Shown piece by piece: positions 1-11,555 of a stretch of DNA of 64,000 bases. The stretch covers positions 3,943-67,942 of the forward strand of contig CAWAJE010000001.1 in the NCBI GenBank assembly GCA_963782215.1, in the 5' to 3' direction. The notes beneath the pieces were generated by a model. The model was not told the DNA's origin, ran no database searches, and saw only the letters and a program-made list of their open reading frames with translations. Position numbers and translations under genes: made by a program. Positions within the stretch are counted from its first letter, which is position 1. The number at the start of each line of letters is the position of its first letter. This DNA is from an uncultured Actinomycetota bacterium. GTDB lineage: Bacteria > Actinomycetota > Actinomycetes > Propionibacteriales > Nocardioidaceae.

Positions 1-482
1 AACGGGTGCGTCCGGCCGCCGACCTCGAGACCGACCCCGCCGGGGCTCATCATCGCCACGACGTTGTCGACGTACGCCGGGAACCGGCTGACCGCGTCCT
101 CCTCCACGCCACCGGCACCGTGGCGCAGCGCGAAGCTGGTCACCTGGTCGGTCCCGGGCGCACGCCCGATCCCGAGGTCGATCCTGCCGGGGTGGGCGGC
201 CTCGAGGAGCGCGAACTGCTCGGCCACCACCAGCGGGGCGTGGTTGGGGAGCATCACGCCGCCGGAGCCGACCCGGATCCGCTTCGTGACGGCGGCGACC
301 ATCGCGATCAGCAACGGCGGGTTCGTCGCCGCCACGGCAGGCATGTTGTGGTGCTCGGCCAGCCAGTAGCGGCGGTAGCCGGCGTCGTCGGCCACCCGGG
401 CGAGCCGCCGGGTGGCGCCGAGGGCGTCGCCGGTGGTCTGGTCGCTGCGGACGGGCACGAGGTCGAGGACGGAGAGGTGCAT
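1..482 (-). CDS. LLM-class flavin-dependent oxidoreductase (luciferase-like), runs off the window edge
   Basis: Own translation of the minus strand from ATG at 482: MHLSVLDLVPVRSDQTTGDAL...GYRRYWLAEHHNMPAVAATNPP, a typical LLM N-terminus. Not in the ORF track because it is truncated. Confidence 0.85.
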   Translation of the reverse strand, partial: MHLSVLDLVPVRSDQTTGDALGATRRLARVADDAGYRRYWLAEHHNMPAVAATNPPLLIAMVAAVTKRIRVGSGGVMLPNHAPLVVAEQFALLEAAHPGRIDLGIGRAPGTDQVTSFALRHGAGGVEEDAVSRFPAYVDNVVAMMSPGGVGLEVGGRTHP

Positions 483-574
483 GTCGGGCCCAACACCGAT
501 CCGGCCCGGAGGCTTCCCGGGACGCCGCACGGGCCCTGCACCGGTGCGCTCGCCGGTGTGGCAGGCTTCCGCGC

Positions 575-1126
575 ATGGACTCTGCCGACATCGAGGGCGA
601 CCTGGTCAACATCCTCTTCACCGAGGCCGACATCCGGGCGCGGCTCGGTGAGATGGCCCGGCAGATCGAGGTGGACTACGAGGGGCAGGACCTCCTGATC
701 GTGGGCGTCCTGCGCGGCGCGGTGATGGTGATGGCCGACCTCGGACGTGAGTTCAAGCGCCACATCGAGATGGACTGGATGGCCGTCTCCTCCTACGGCT
801 CAGGCACCAAGAGCTCCGGCGTCGTGCGCATCCTCAAGGACCTCGACACCGACATCAGCGGTCGGCACGTCCTGATCGTCGACGAGATCATCGACACCGG
901 CCTGACCCTGTCGTGGCTGACCTCCAACCTGGCCTCGCGCAACCCCGCGTCGGTGGAGATCTGCACGTTGCTGCGCAAGCCCGACGCGCTCCGGATGGAT
1001 GTCGAGGTGCGCTACGTGGGCTGGGACATCCCCAACGAGTTCGTGGTCGGCTACGGCCTGGACTTCAACGAGAAGTACCGCAACCTGCGCGACATCGGGA
1101 CGCTCGCCCCCCACGTCTATTCGTGA
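575..1126 (+). CDS. hpt: hypoxanthine phosphoribosyltransferase
   Basis: GVLRGA, VSSYG, PRPP loop VLIVDEIIDTGLTL, FVVGYGLD; immediately upstream of ftsH. Confidence 0.97.
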   Translation: MDSADIEGDLVNILFTEADIRARLGEMARQIEVDYEGQDLLIVGVLRGAVMVMADLGREFKRHIEMDWMAVSSYGSGTKSSGVVRILKDLDTDISGRHVLIVDEIIDTGLTLSWLTSNLASRNPASVEICTLLRKPDALRMDVEVRYVGWDIPNEFVVGYGLDFNEKYRNLRDIGTLAPHVYS

Positions 1127-1155
1127 GCGCTGGAGTGACCTGAGAGTATTGCGCG

Positions 1156-3158
<2,003 letters not shown>

Positions 3159-3162
<4 letters not shown>

Positions 3163-3767
3163 GCATCGACCCGGTCGGTCGTGAGACCCGCCCGCTGGCG
3201 GCCTTCGACCACGCGCGGGCCGAGGCGGCCGTCCGGGAGCTGTTGATCGCGATCGGCGAGGACCCCGAGCGGGAGGGTCTGCGAGAGACACCGGCCCGGG
3301 TCGCGCGGGCGTACGCCGAGCTGACCTCCGGGCTGCACCAGACCGCCGAGGACGTGCTCACGACGGTCTTCGACATCGGCCACGACGAGATGGTGCTGGT
3401 GCGCGACATCGAGCTGTGGTCGATGTGCGAGCACCACCTGGTGCCGTTCACCGGCGTCGCGCACGTGGGCTACATCCCCAACGAGAACGGCAAGATCACC
3501 GGCCTGTCCAAGCTGGCGCGTCTCGTCGACGTCTTCGCCAAGCGCCCACAGGTGCAGGAGCGGCTGACCACCCAGATCGCGGACGCGCTGGTCCGGCTGC
3601 TGGAGGCGCGCGGCGTGATCGTGGTGATCGAGGCCGAGCACCTGTGCATGACGATGCGCGGCGTCCGCAAGGCCGGGGCCCGCACGATCACCTCCGCCGT
3701 GCGCGGCTCGATGCACAGGCCCGCCACCCGTGCGGAGGCGATGTCGCTCATCCTCGCGGCGCGATGA
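3159..3767 (+). CDS. folE: GTP cyclohydrolase I
   Basis: [31 protein letters not shown]; GTG start overlaps the ftsH stop. Confidence 0.96.
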
Positions 3768-4651
3768 GCGAGCGCGGGGCGTGGGCCACCGCGTTGCCGG
3801 AGCCGGGACGCCCGGTGGTGATGGGCATCGTCAACGTCACGCCCGACTCCTTCTCCGACGGCGGTCGTTTCGCGGCCACCGACCAGGCGATCGAGCACGC
3901 CGTGCACCTGCGCGCGCAGGGTGCCGACATCCTCGACATCGGTGGTGAGTCGACCCGCCCGGGCGCGACCCGGCCGCTGGCGGTCGACGAGCTCGACCGG
4001 GTGGTGCCGGTGATCACCGCACTCGCCGCCGAGGGCGCCGCGGTCTCCGTGGACACGATGCGTTCGGAGGTGGCTGCCGCTGCCCTGGACGCCGGCGCGG
4101 TGATGGTCAACGACGTCTCCGGGGGGCTGGCCGACCCGCGCATCCTCCAGGTGGTGGCCGAACGTGGCGCGGCGTACGTCGCGATGCACTGGCGCGCGCA
4201 CTCGACCGAGATGCAGCAGCACGCGACGTACGACGACGTGCTGGTCGAGGTCCGCGACGAGCTGGCGCGCCGGCTCGACGAGGCCACCGCCGCCGGCATC
4301 GACCGCTCCCGCATCGTCGTCGACCCGGGCCTGGGCTTCGCGAAGACCGCCGACCACAACTGGCAGCTGCTGCAACGCTTGCCCGAGCTCGAGCAGCTCG
4401 GCGTGCCGATCCTGGTCGGCTCCAGCCGCAAGTCGTTCCTCGGCTCCCTGCTCGCCGCTGCGGACGGGACTCCTCGGGACGTCACCGACCGGGAGGACGC
4501 CAATGTGGCGTTGACCACCATCGCAGCGATCCAGGGTGTCTGGGGTGTGCGCGTCCACGAGGTACGGGCCAGCATCGACGCGATCCGGGTGGTCACCCGG
4601 TGGCTGGAGCCCGACCCGGGTTCCGATGTGGGGTCCGGGCCGGTCGGATGA
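3764..4651 (+). CDS. folP: dihydropteroate synthase
   Basis: [41 protein letters not shown]; ATGA overlap with folE. Confidence 0.96.
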   Translation: MSERGAWATALPEPGRPVVMGIVNVTPDSFSDGGRFAATDQAIEHAVHLRAQGADILDIGGESTRPGATRPLAVDELDRVVPVITALAAEGAAVSVDTMRSEVAAAALDAGAVMVNDVSGGLADPRILQVVAERGAAYVAMHWRAHSTEMQQHATYDDVLVEVRDELARRLDEATAAGIDRSRIVVDPGLGFAKTADHNWQLLQRLPELEQLGVPILVGSSRKSFLGSLLAAADGTPRDVTDREDANVALTTIAAIQGVWGVRVHEVRASIDAIRVVTRWLEPDPGSDVGSGPVG

Positions 4652-4676
4652 GGGCGCCGCGTACCCTCGAGGCACC

Positions 4677-5039
4677 ATGACCGACCTGTTAGCCGTGCGC
4701 GGCCTCGCCGTCCACGGGCACCACGGCGTCTTCGACTTCGAGCGCCGCGACGGTCAGGAGTTCGTGGTCGACCTGGTCCTGGCCGTGGACACCAAGCCCG
4801 CCGCGGCCGCCGACGACTTGCAGCAGACCGTCGACTACGGAACCCTCGTGGACGAGGTCACCGCCGTGGTGGCCGGTGAACCAGTCGACCTGATCGAGAC
4901 GCTGGCGCAACGCATCGCAGATGCGTGCCTGCGCCACCAGCGCGTCGAGCAGGTGGAAGTGACCGTGCACAAGCCGCACGCCCCGATCCAGGCAGCGTTC
5001 CAGGACGTTGCCCTGACCATCAACCGGAGTCGTCAGTGA
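4677..5039 (+). CDS. folB: dihydroneopterin aldolase
   Basis: GHHGVFDFERRDGQEFVVD, TVDYG, LIETLA, HKPHAP. Confidence 0.95.
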   Translation: MTDLLAVRGLAVHGHHGVFDFERRDGQEFVVDLVLAVDTKPAAAADDLQQTVDYGTLVDEVTAVVAGEPVDLIETLAQRIADACLRHQRVEQVEVTVHKPHAPIQAAFQDVALTINRSRQ

Positions 5040-5602
5040 CTGAGTCCCCCAACCCCAACATCGTGGATGCAGACACCATCACCGGTGAGATGCACCCGAT
5101 CCGCCGCGCCGTGATCTCCATCGGCTCCAACCTCGGTGAGCGCCGGACCAACCTCCAAGGTGCCGTCGACTCCCTTTCCGACACCCCCGAGGTGTGGGTC
5201 ACGGCCGTCTCCCCGGTCTACGAGACCACGCCGGTGGACTCGCCCGAGGAGGCCCGCGACTACCTCAACGCGGTGGTCATGCTCGACACCACGCTGTCGG
5301 CCCGGACCCTGCTCGAGCGGGCGCTGGCCATCGAGAGTGCCTACGACCGTGAGCGCACCGAGAAGAACTCGCCGCGGACCCTCGACGTCGACCTCGTGGT
5401 CGTCGGTGACCGCCGCGCCAACGACGACGACCTGATCCTGCCGCACCCGCGGGCCTCCGAGCGTGCGTTCGTGCTGGTCCCGTGGCTCGACGTCGAGCCC
5501 GACGCCGAGCTCCCGGGCCACGGTGCGGTGACGGAGCTGCTGGAGAAGACCGGTCGCGAGGGCGTCACGCTGCGCGACGACATCGAGCTGGAGCTCGGCT
5601 GA
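5036..5602 (+). CDS. folK: 2-amino-4-hydroxy-6-hydroxymethyldihydropteridine diphosphokinase
   Basis: SIGSNLG, YLNAV, PRTLDVD, LPHPRA-ERAFVLVP; GTG start overlaps the folB stop. Confidence 0.95.
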   Translation: MTESPNPNIVDADTITGEMHPIRRAVISIGSNLGERRTNLQGAVDSLSDTPEVWVTAVSPVYETTPVDSPEEARDYLNAVVMLDTTLSARTLLERALAIESAYDRERTEKNSPRTLDVDLVVVGDRRANDDDLILPHPRASERAFVLVPWLDVEPDAELPGHGAVTELLEKTGREGVTLRDDIELELG

Positions 5603-5607
5603 GCCAG

Positions 5608-6099
5608 ATGGGTCGGCTCGACCCGGACGGGCAGGAGCCGGAGGAGCCCCCGGGCACGATCCGGCCGACGGGCCCCGGCCCGCTGGTCGGCTTCGGGGTC
5701 ACCGGCCTGGTGCTGGGCTGGTCCGTGCGGGCGTTCGCCCTGCGCTTCGGGTACGCCGAGCCGCGGGTCTCCCTGATCTCGGTGGCGCTGCTGCTCTTCG
5801 CGGCGGCCGGGATCGGCGCCACGGCGTACCTCACCCGCAGGGCGGTGCGCAGCCACCGCCACGACCTGCCGCACCACCACGCGGTGAACCGCCTGGTGCT
5901 CGGCAAGGCCGCTGCGCTGGTCGGGATCCTGATCACTGGCGGCTACGCGGGCTATGCCCTCGCCCAGCTCGGGGTGAGCGGTGCGATGGCGGACGCCCGC
6001 CTGTGGCGCTCCGCGCTGGCCGCCGTGGCGGCCGGGAGTGTGACCGCTGCCGCACTGCTGCTCGAGCTCGCGTGTCGTGTGCCTCCCCGCAAGGGCTAG
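5608..6099 (+). CDS. DUF3180-family membrane protein
   Basis: 4 TM segments, RLVLGKA and C-terminal LLELACRVPP; canonical position after folK in Actinobacteria. Confidence 0.85.
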   Translation: MGRLDPDGQEPEEPPGTIRPTGPGPLVGFGVTGLVLGWSVRAFALRFGYAEPRVSLISVALLLFAAAGIGATAYLTRRAVRSHRHDLPHHHAVNRLVLGKAAALVGILITGGYAGYALAQLGVSGAMADARLWRSALAAVAAGSVTAAALLLELACRVPPRKG

Positions 6100-6116
6100 C
6101 CACCTACGCTGCGGCT

Positions 6117-6722
6117 ATGGCAGCCTCTCGTACCCCCATGCGTCGTCGGCAACGTAGCGTCCGGGTCACCGTCTCGGTGGCGCTGCTCTCGGTGGCGTCG
6201 GCGGTCGTGCTCCTGGCTCTGTCCACCCGGTCGGTGCTGTGGCTGAGCCTGGGCTCCGTGCTGGCGATGGCGCTGTCGTGGGCCGCCCTGCGGATGATGT
6301 GGACCGAGGTGCTGCAGTCACGTCGCGAGAATGCCACCGACCGCGCCGCCGCCGCGTCCGCCTACCGCAGCCTGTTCAGCCTGCGGGCCAACGAGCACGC
6401 GGAGTTCACCACCGCGATGACCGAGCGCCTCGCCGAGGCGCACCTGTCCCAGCGCGAGCTCGAGGGCGTCGTGGTGCACACCGAGACCCGCGCGCAGCGT
6501 GCCGAGTCGCGGTTGATCACCGAGTCCAAGGCGCTAGTCCAGGCCCGTGAGCGGATCCAGCAGCTCGAGGTCGCGGTCGCCGTACGACAGGCCGAGGAGG
6601 CCGACGCCCTGGCCACCTGGGAGGCCGAGGGCGGCGACAGCGTCGCTGCGCTGGTCGCCTGGGAGGAGCAGGCCCTCAAGACCGCGACCGAGCAGGACAC
6701 CTCGGTCCTCAAGCACGCCTGA
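6117..6722 (+). CDS. hypothetical protein with 2 N-terminal TM segments and a coiled coil
   Basis: Host-like codon usage; TACGCT -10 box 6 nt before the ATG. Confidence 0.75.
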   Translation: MAASRTPMRRRQRSVRVTVSVALLSVASAVVLLALSTRSVLWLSLGSVLAMALSWAALRMMWTEVLQSRRENATDRAAAASAYRSLFSLRANEHAEFTTAMTERLAEAHLSQRELEGVVVHTETRAQRAESRLITESKALVQARERIQQLEVAVAVRQAEEADALATWEAEGGDSVAALVAWEEQALKTATEQDTSVLKHA

Positions 6723-6757
6723 CACCGGCCCTTCTGGTCTCCAGTAGGTTTGTCGGC

Positions 6758-7087
6758 ATGCCTTCCGACGTGCGTGACCCTGCCCTCTCGACTCCTGCCC
6801 GGAAGGGTTCCCTGGACTGGTGGGTTCGCGACGAGCGCGGCAACCAGACCGCCGCCCAGCCGCCCAACCCGGCGCTGGCCGTGTGGCTGCTCACGGTCGT
6901 GGCGGGCTGGATCGCCTCGGCGACCGGCGCAGCCGCGAGCACCCTGGACACGCTGCACCTCGTGGGTCGCGGAGCCCTGCTCGCCTGGGCCCTGGACGAG
7001 CTCGTGCGCGGCGCCAGCCCGTTCCGCCGCGTGCTCGGCGGGATCGTGCTGGTCGTGGTGGGCTACGGGTTGGTCAGCGGGCTGTAG
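6758..7087 (+). CDS. small hypothetical membrane protein (about 3 TM)
   Basis: Hydrophobic ORF with WALDELVRGASPFRRVLG; TAGGTT -10 box 7 nt before the ATG. Confidence 0.7.
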   Translation: MPSDVRDPALSTPARKGSLDWWVRDERGNQTAAQPPNPALAVWLLTVVAGWIASATGAAASTLDTLHLVGRGALLAWALDELVRGASPFRRVLGGIVLVVVGYGLVSGL

Positions 7088-7105
7088 GGGGTCCTGGAGT
7101 GGTCG

Positions 7106-10100
7106 ATGGCCGACTCCGAGCGTCAGGGTGGGAGAAGGATGAAGGCTGAGTCTCCCCGCGGACGAGCCAGATTTCTGGCACGCCAGGTGCCACGCCAGGC
7201 GAAGCGGCGTGCAGCACGGGTGGTGCGTCGCCTCCGCAGCGGTCGCCCGCTGGCGACGGCGGTGGTGCTGTTGTCCGGGCCAGAGGACGCTGCCCGCGCA
7301 ACGCTCGACTCGGTCCGTGACCAACCGGTGGCAGCACTCGAGATCCTCGCGGTGGTCATGGACGAGCGTCTCGACGGGCTGGCCGCCTCCGCGGTCGCGG
7401 AGGACTGGAGGGTCCGTCGCCTGACGAGCGTGGGTGACGACCGAGCCGCAGCGCGTCGCGTGGGGTCGGCCGCGGCATGCACGCCTGCCTTGATCTTTCT
7501 CTCGCCCCGCCAGGTGCTGGTGCCCGGCGCGGTCGAGCGGCTCCTGGCCGAGTCCTCCGAGGGGACGGTGCTCGTGCTGGGCGGTGTCGACGGTGCCCCA
7601 GCCCCGTGGGCGCGCACACCTCTGCTGGGTCGGCTCTTGGTGCCGCGTGAGCTCTGGACGGCCGCGCACGATGACGGGGAGCCCGACGGCCAGACCGTCG
7701 CGGTCTCGCTGATGTCGACGGGCGCGGTCGAGGTGGACGCCGCTGTGCTCGGTGATCGCCATGTGCCGCGGGCCAAGCTGTTCGAACGCGGGGTCGACCC
7801 TATGCCGGCTTTGACTGCTCGGGTCGCTGCGGACTGCGCCATGCTGGAGCGCTTGGCAGGCGTCGACGGACTCTTGCGTGCGGCGCGTGCCACGGGTGCC
7901 TTGGTGCGCGATCTGCCGACCTTCGTCTTCGAGGCCGAGCGGGCGGACGAGAGCACCTGGCAGCTCCTGGTGGGGCACGCGTCCCGGCTGATGCTGGAGG
8001 CGGGCGCCGCGGGGGTTCGAGAGCTGGGCGTCGAGGAGCGTGTCGCCACCTGGTTGACCGCCGAGGGGCGTCGGGAGGCGCTGGTCGAGTTCGTGGCCGC
8101 CCGCCGGTTCGCCGGAGGTCACTTCGCGACGCGGGTCGTGGAGGGTCAGGTGCTGGCGCTGTTCGAGGCGCTGCCCGACGACGTCCCTGCCGAGATCGTG
8201 CTCCTGAGCGACGCCGAGAGCGGCCTGCGCGCACAGCTGCGCCGGAGCCGGGTCCGCGACGGCGCCCTTGAGGTCGAGGTGTTCGCCGGGATCCGGATGG
8301 CCGACCAAGGCACCGATGTCCTCGACGTCACGGCGTCGCTCGTCAGTGGCGCCGACCGGCTCGAGCTGTCGGTCGAGGTCGGTGCGGACATGGCGGTGAC
8401 GCGGTGGATGGGTGAGCCGCACCAGTACCACGACTTCGGCGTGCTCACCTGCCGGACTTCGCTGGACCTCCTGACGCCCGGATCCTGGCACCTGGACCTG
8501 GACGTGCACTGTGGCGGCGTACGACGCACCGGGCTGGTCTCAGAGCTCGACCCGCACGGCTCGGCCGCGCAGGAGCTGCGACTGGAGGACCGCAGCCTTC
8601 GGTGGACTCGGAGGTCGGACGCCGTGCAGCTGACGGTCACCGAACCGCCCGCTCCGCCCCCTGACCCGGGGACGATCGTCGTCCAAGACACCTCTTTCGG
8701 CCCGCGACGACTGGTGCTGAGCTTCGAGGCATCCGAGTCGGCGCGCGCGAGCCTGGTTGCTCCGGGCCAGGTGATCACCGGCGCGCGCGAAGGGAGCGAG
8801 TGGACCTTCGAGCTCGAGACCGACCCCTGGTCGCTCGGCATGATGCCGGCGCCGAGCGCGAGCTATCGGCTCGTCGTCACCGAGGACGGTGTCGAGCGCC
8901 CGGTGACCGCCGCTCGACGCGTGGTCGACCTGCTTCCGCGGGTCGACCAGGACGACGGGCACCGCAAGGCGCTGTGGGGTGGCCCGCGGGGGGGTCTGAC
9001 CCTCCGGCTGGACCCCCCGTTGGCTGAGGAGGTTGCCGGGCCGTGGGCTCAACGTCGGCTCCAGCGCCGGCACGCCACGATCGAGGGACCGGTCGATCCC
9101 AGGCTGGTGTACTTCCAGTCCTTCCTCGGCCAGTCGCCCACCGACCACCCTGCGGCCATCCAGACAGAGCTGCACCGGAGCCTGGGCGAGCGCGGGATCT
9201 CCGGCGTACGGACGCTCTGGGCGGTGGCGGATGCGTCCGTGCGCGTCCCCGAGGGCGCCGAGCCCGTGCTGATGCGCAGCCAGGAGTGGTACGACGCCCT
9301 GGCCCGCTCAGCGTGGGTGGTGACCAACATCGAGCTGGAACCGTGGTTCACCCGACGCGAGGGCCAGGAGGTGCTCGAGACCTACCACGGGTACCCCTCC
9401 AAGGCGATGGGCCTGAGCCAGTGGAGATCGCGAGGTCTGACCCCCAGCCACCAGCGCCAGATGCTGCAGCGGACCTCGGGGACGTGGAACAACCTGCTCA
9501 CCCCGATCCCGGAGATGGACCACTACTACCGCGAGAACTATGAGTTCGAGGGGCGGATCCTCTCCCTGGGCTATCCCCGCGACGACGCCCTTGTGTCCCC
9601 GACCCGTGACGAGCAGCGCCGCGCGGTACGCCGTCGCCTCGGTATCGGCGAGAACCAGTCGGCCGTGCTCTACGCCCCGACCTGGCGCGACGACCTCGCC
9701 ACCAACTTCCGCCGCGCCGAGGCACTCCTGCATCTCGACGTCGACGAGGCGGCCGCGGCGCTCGGGCCCGACTACGTGATCCTGCTGCGAGGCCATCGCT
9801 TCCATGCCGCCTCGGCGGGCGGCGCCCAGGTGCTGGACGTCACCACCTATCCGGAGATCAACGACCTGATCCTGGCCGCCGACGCCGCGGTCCTGGACTA
9901 CTCATCGCTCCGGTTCGACTTCGCTCTCACTGGGCGGCCCATGGTCTTCTTGGTCCCCGATCTCGACTCCTACACGCGGCAGACGCGCGGCTTCCTCTAC
10001 GACTTCGCGGACTCGGCGCCCGGTCCGTTCCTCGACACCACCTCCGAGGTGGTCGAGGCGCTCTCGGACCTGCCGGCGCTGCGCACCCGCTGGACGGCGC

Positions 10101-10198
10101 AGATCGAGGCGCACAACTCCTCCTACAACCGGCTGGCCGACGGTGACGCGGCGCGGCGGGTGGTGGGGGAGTTCTTCGCCCCGCTCCTTGGGTGCTGA
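7106..10198 (+). CDS. CDP-glycerol/ribitol:polyol phosphotransferase (TagF/TarL family) with degenerate N-terminal GT2-like domain
   Basis: C-terminal ETYHGYPSK, GYPRDD, LYAPTWRDD, LRGH, DYSSLRFDFALTGRPMVF; alternative start at 7139. Confidence 0.9.
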   Translation: MADSERQGGRRMKAESPRGRARFLARQVPRQAKRRAARVVRRLRSGRPLATAVVLLSGPEDAARATLDSVRDQPVAALEILAVVMDERLDGLAASAVAEDWRVRRLTSVGDDRAAARRVGSAAACTPALIFLSPRQVLVPGAVERLLAESSEGTVLVLGGVDGAPAPWARTPLLGRLLVPRELWTAAHDDGEPDGQTVAVSLMSTGAVEVDAAVLGDRHVPRAKLFERGVDPMPALTARVAADCAMLERLAGVDGLLRAARATGALVRDLPTFVFEAERADESTWQLLVGHASRLMLEAGAAGVRELGVEERVATWLTAEGRREALVEFVAARRFAGGHFATRVVEGQVLALFEALPDDVPAEIVLLSDAESGLRAQLRRSRVRDGALEVEVFAGIRMADQGTDVLDVTASLVSGADRLELSVEVGADMAVTRWMGEPHQYHDFGVLTCRTSLDLLTPGSWHLDLDVHCGGVRRTGLVSELDPHGSAAQELRLEDRSLRWTRRSDAVQLTVTEPPAPPPDPGTIVVQDTSFGPRRLVLSFEASESARASLVAPGQVITGAREGSEWTFELETDPWSLGMMPAPSASYRLVVTEDGVERPVTAARRVVDLLPRVDQDDGHRKALWGGPRGGLTLRLDPPLAEEVAGPWAQRRLQRRHATIEGPVDPRLVYFQSFLGQSPTDHPAAIQTELHRSLGERGISGVRTLWAVADASVRVPEGAEPVLMRSQEWYDALARSAWVVTNIELEPWFTRREGQEVLETYHGYPSKAMGLSQWRSRGLTPSHQRQMLQRTSGTWNNLLTPIPEMDHYYRENYEFEGRILSLGYPRDDALVSPTRDEQRRAVRRRLGIGENQSAVLYAPTWRDDLATNFRRAEALLHLDVDEAAAALGPDYVILLRGHRFHAASAGGAQVLDVTTYPEINDLILAADAAVLDYSSLRFDFALTGRPMVFLVPDLDSYTRQTRGFLYDFADSAPGPFLDTTSEVVEALSDLPALRTRWTAQIEAHNSSYNRLADGDAARRVVGEFFAPLLGC

Positions 10199-10208
10199 CC
10201 CGGCAGCT

Positions 10209-11354
10209 TCAGGAGGCTTCGTGCGTTGGGGTGGGCCCGGGGACCTCTGCACCGACACCGTGACCGTCGGTGCGTCTGATCGCCGGCGAAGGTGCGAGCG
10301 CCCCTTGGACGGCGCGCCGAAGGGGCAGTGCAGTGGGACGCTCGACGAGCACATGGATCAGCCAGGCCAGGGCGAAGCTGGTCGTGGCAGCGACGACCAG
10401 CACCAGGTAGGCCGACTGGTCCGCGTGTAACTCATCGATCACGAAGAAGCCCACCTGGCCGTGCACCAGGTAGAGCGGGTAGGTCATCGCTCCCGCCCAG
10501 GTCAGCCACCGCCAGTCGATGCGCGCGAGCGGGCCGTGCGTGACGAGGAGCACGACGCCGATCATGGCGACCACCACCAGACCTGTGACCAGGGGAGAGA
10601 CCTGCGCGCCCACGAGCTCGCTCGCGCGAGGCGCATACCCCGTGGCCTGGGCGACGCAGAGCACAGTGTTGAAGCCGAGGACGAGTCGCGTCGCGATGTC
10701 GTGCCCCTCGCGGTGCAGCAGGAACAGGCAGATCCCGGCGGCGAAATAGGGCGCGTAGGTCGGGATCAGGAGCGAGGTCAGGAAGGTGGTGTCCGTCGCC
10801 GACGCGATCTGTCCGACCAGCGGCCACAACAGCGCGAAGGCAACCATCCTTCGCCGGGTGATTCCCACCATGATGAAGGCACTGATCAGCAGGTAGAACT
10901 TGAGCTCGATCCACAGCGTCCAGAAGGCGCCCTGCACGTGTGGAACGTCCAAGGCGTTCTGCACCATGGTGAGATTGACCAGAGCCTCGACGAAAGTCGG
11001 CTGGCGACCGCCTGACCAGAACTGCTGCAGTCCGAAGGTGAGCACGATGGCGGCCCAGTACGCCGGGAACAACCGTGCAACCCGGGAAGCGGCGAACGAC
11101 TCGATCGGTCGGCTGTAAGCCGTCATCAGGATCACGAAGCCGCTGATTATGAAGAAGAGCTCGACGCCGAGATAGCCGTAGCGGGTGAACTGGTTCAGGG
11201 TCGGGAAGACGTCGAAGGCAGGGGTGTCCCAGAACTTGGTGCGGATCCCGCTGTAGTGAAAGGCGAGCACCGAAACGGCGGCGAGCAACCGGAGACCGTC
11301 CAACGCTGCGAGGCGAGATCGAGGCTGACGCGGGCTGCTCACCGGTGTTGACAC
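10209..11354 (-). CDS. acyltransferase-3 (OafA-like) membrane O-acyltransferase
   Basis: LDGLRLLAA..H, GVELFFIISGFVI, RVARLFPAY, FWTLWIELKFY, TYPLYLVH; about 10 TM. Confidence 0.92.
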   Translation of the reverse strand: MSTPVSSPRQPRSRLAALDGLRLLAAVSVLAFHYSGIRTKFWDTPAFDVFPTLNQFTRYGYLGVELFFIISGFVILMTAYSRPIESFAASRVARLFPAYWAAIVLTFGLQQFWSGGRQPTFVEALVNLTMVQNALDVPHVQGAFWTLWIELKFYLLISAFIMVGITRRRMVAFALLWPLVGQIASATDTTFLTSLLIPTYAPYFAAGICLFLLHREGHDIATRLVLGFNTVLCVAQATGYAPRASELVGAQVSPLVTGLVVVAMIGVVLLVTHGPLARIDWRWLTWAGAMTYPLYLVHGQVGFFVIDELHADQSAYLVLVVAATTSFALAWLIHVLVERPTALPLRRAVQGALAPSPAIRRTDGHGVGAEVPGPTPTHEAS

Positions 11355-11555
11355 CGCGCCAAACTACCAGCGCTTGCAGGCCGCGAAGGGCACGCTCCCC
11401 GGCGCCTTTGCCGGTGGCTGCGCACGTGCGTGGATCTTGCTCACCCCACCCGGTGTGGGGGTACCGCCAGGACGCGAGCTGAATCGTTAGGCTTGCCGCC
11501 CGTGCCGCCGAGGGCCGAACTCCGGGGGGCAGCCGACTATCAGGTGAGGTAGGCG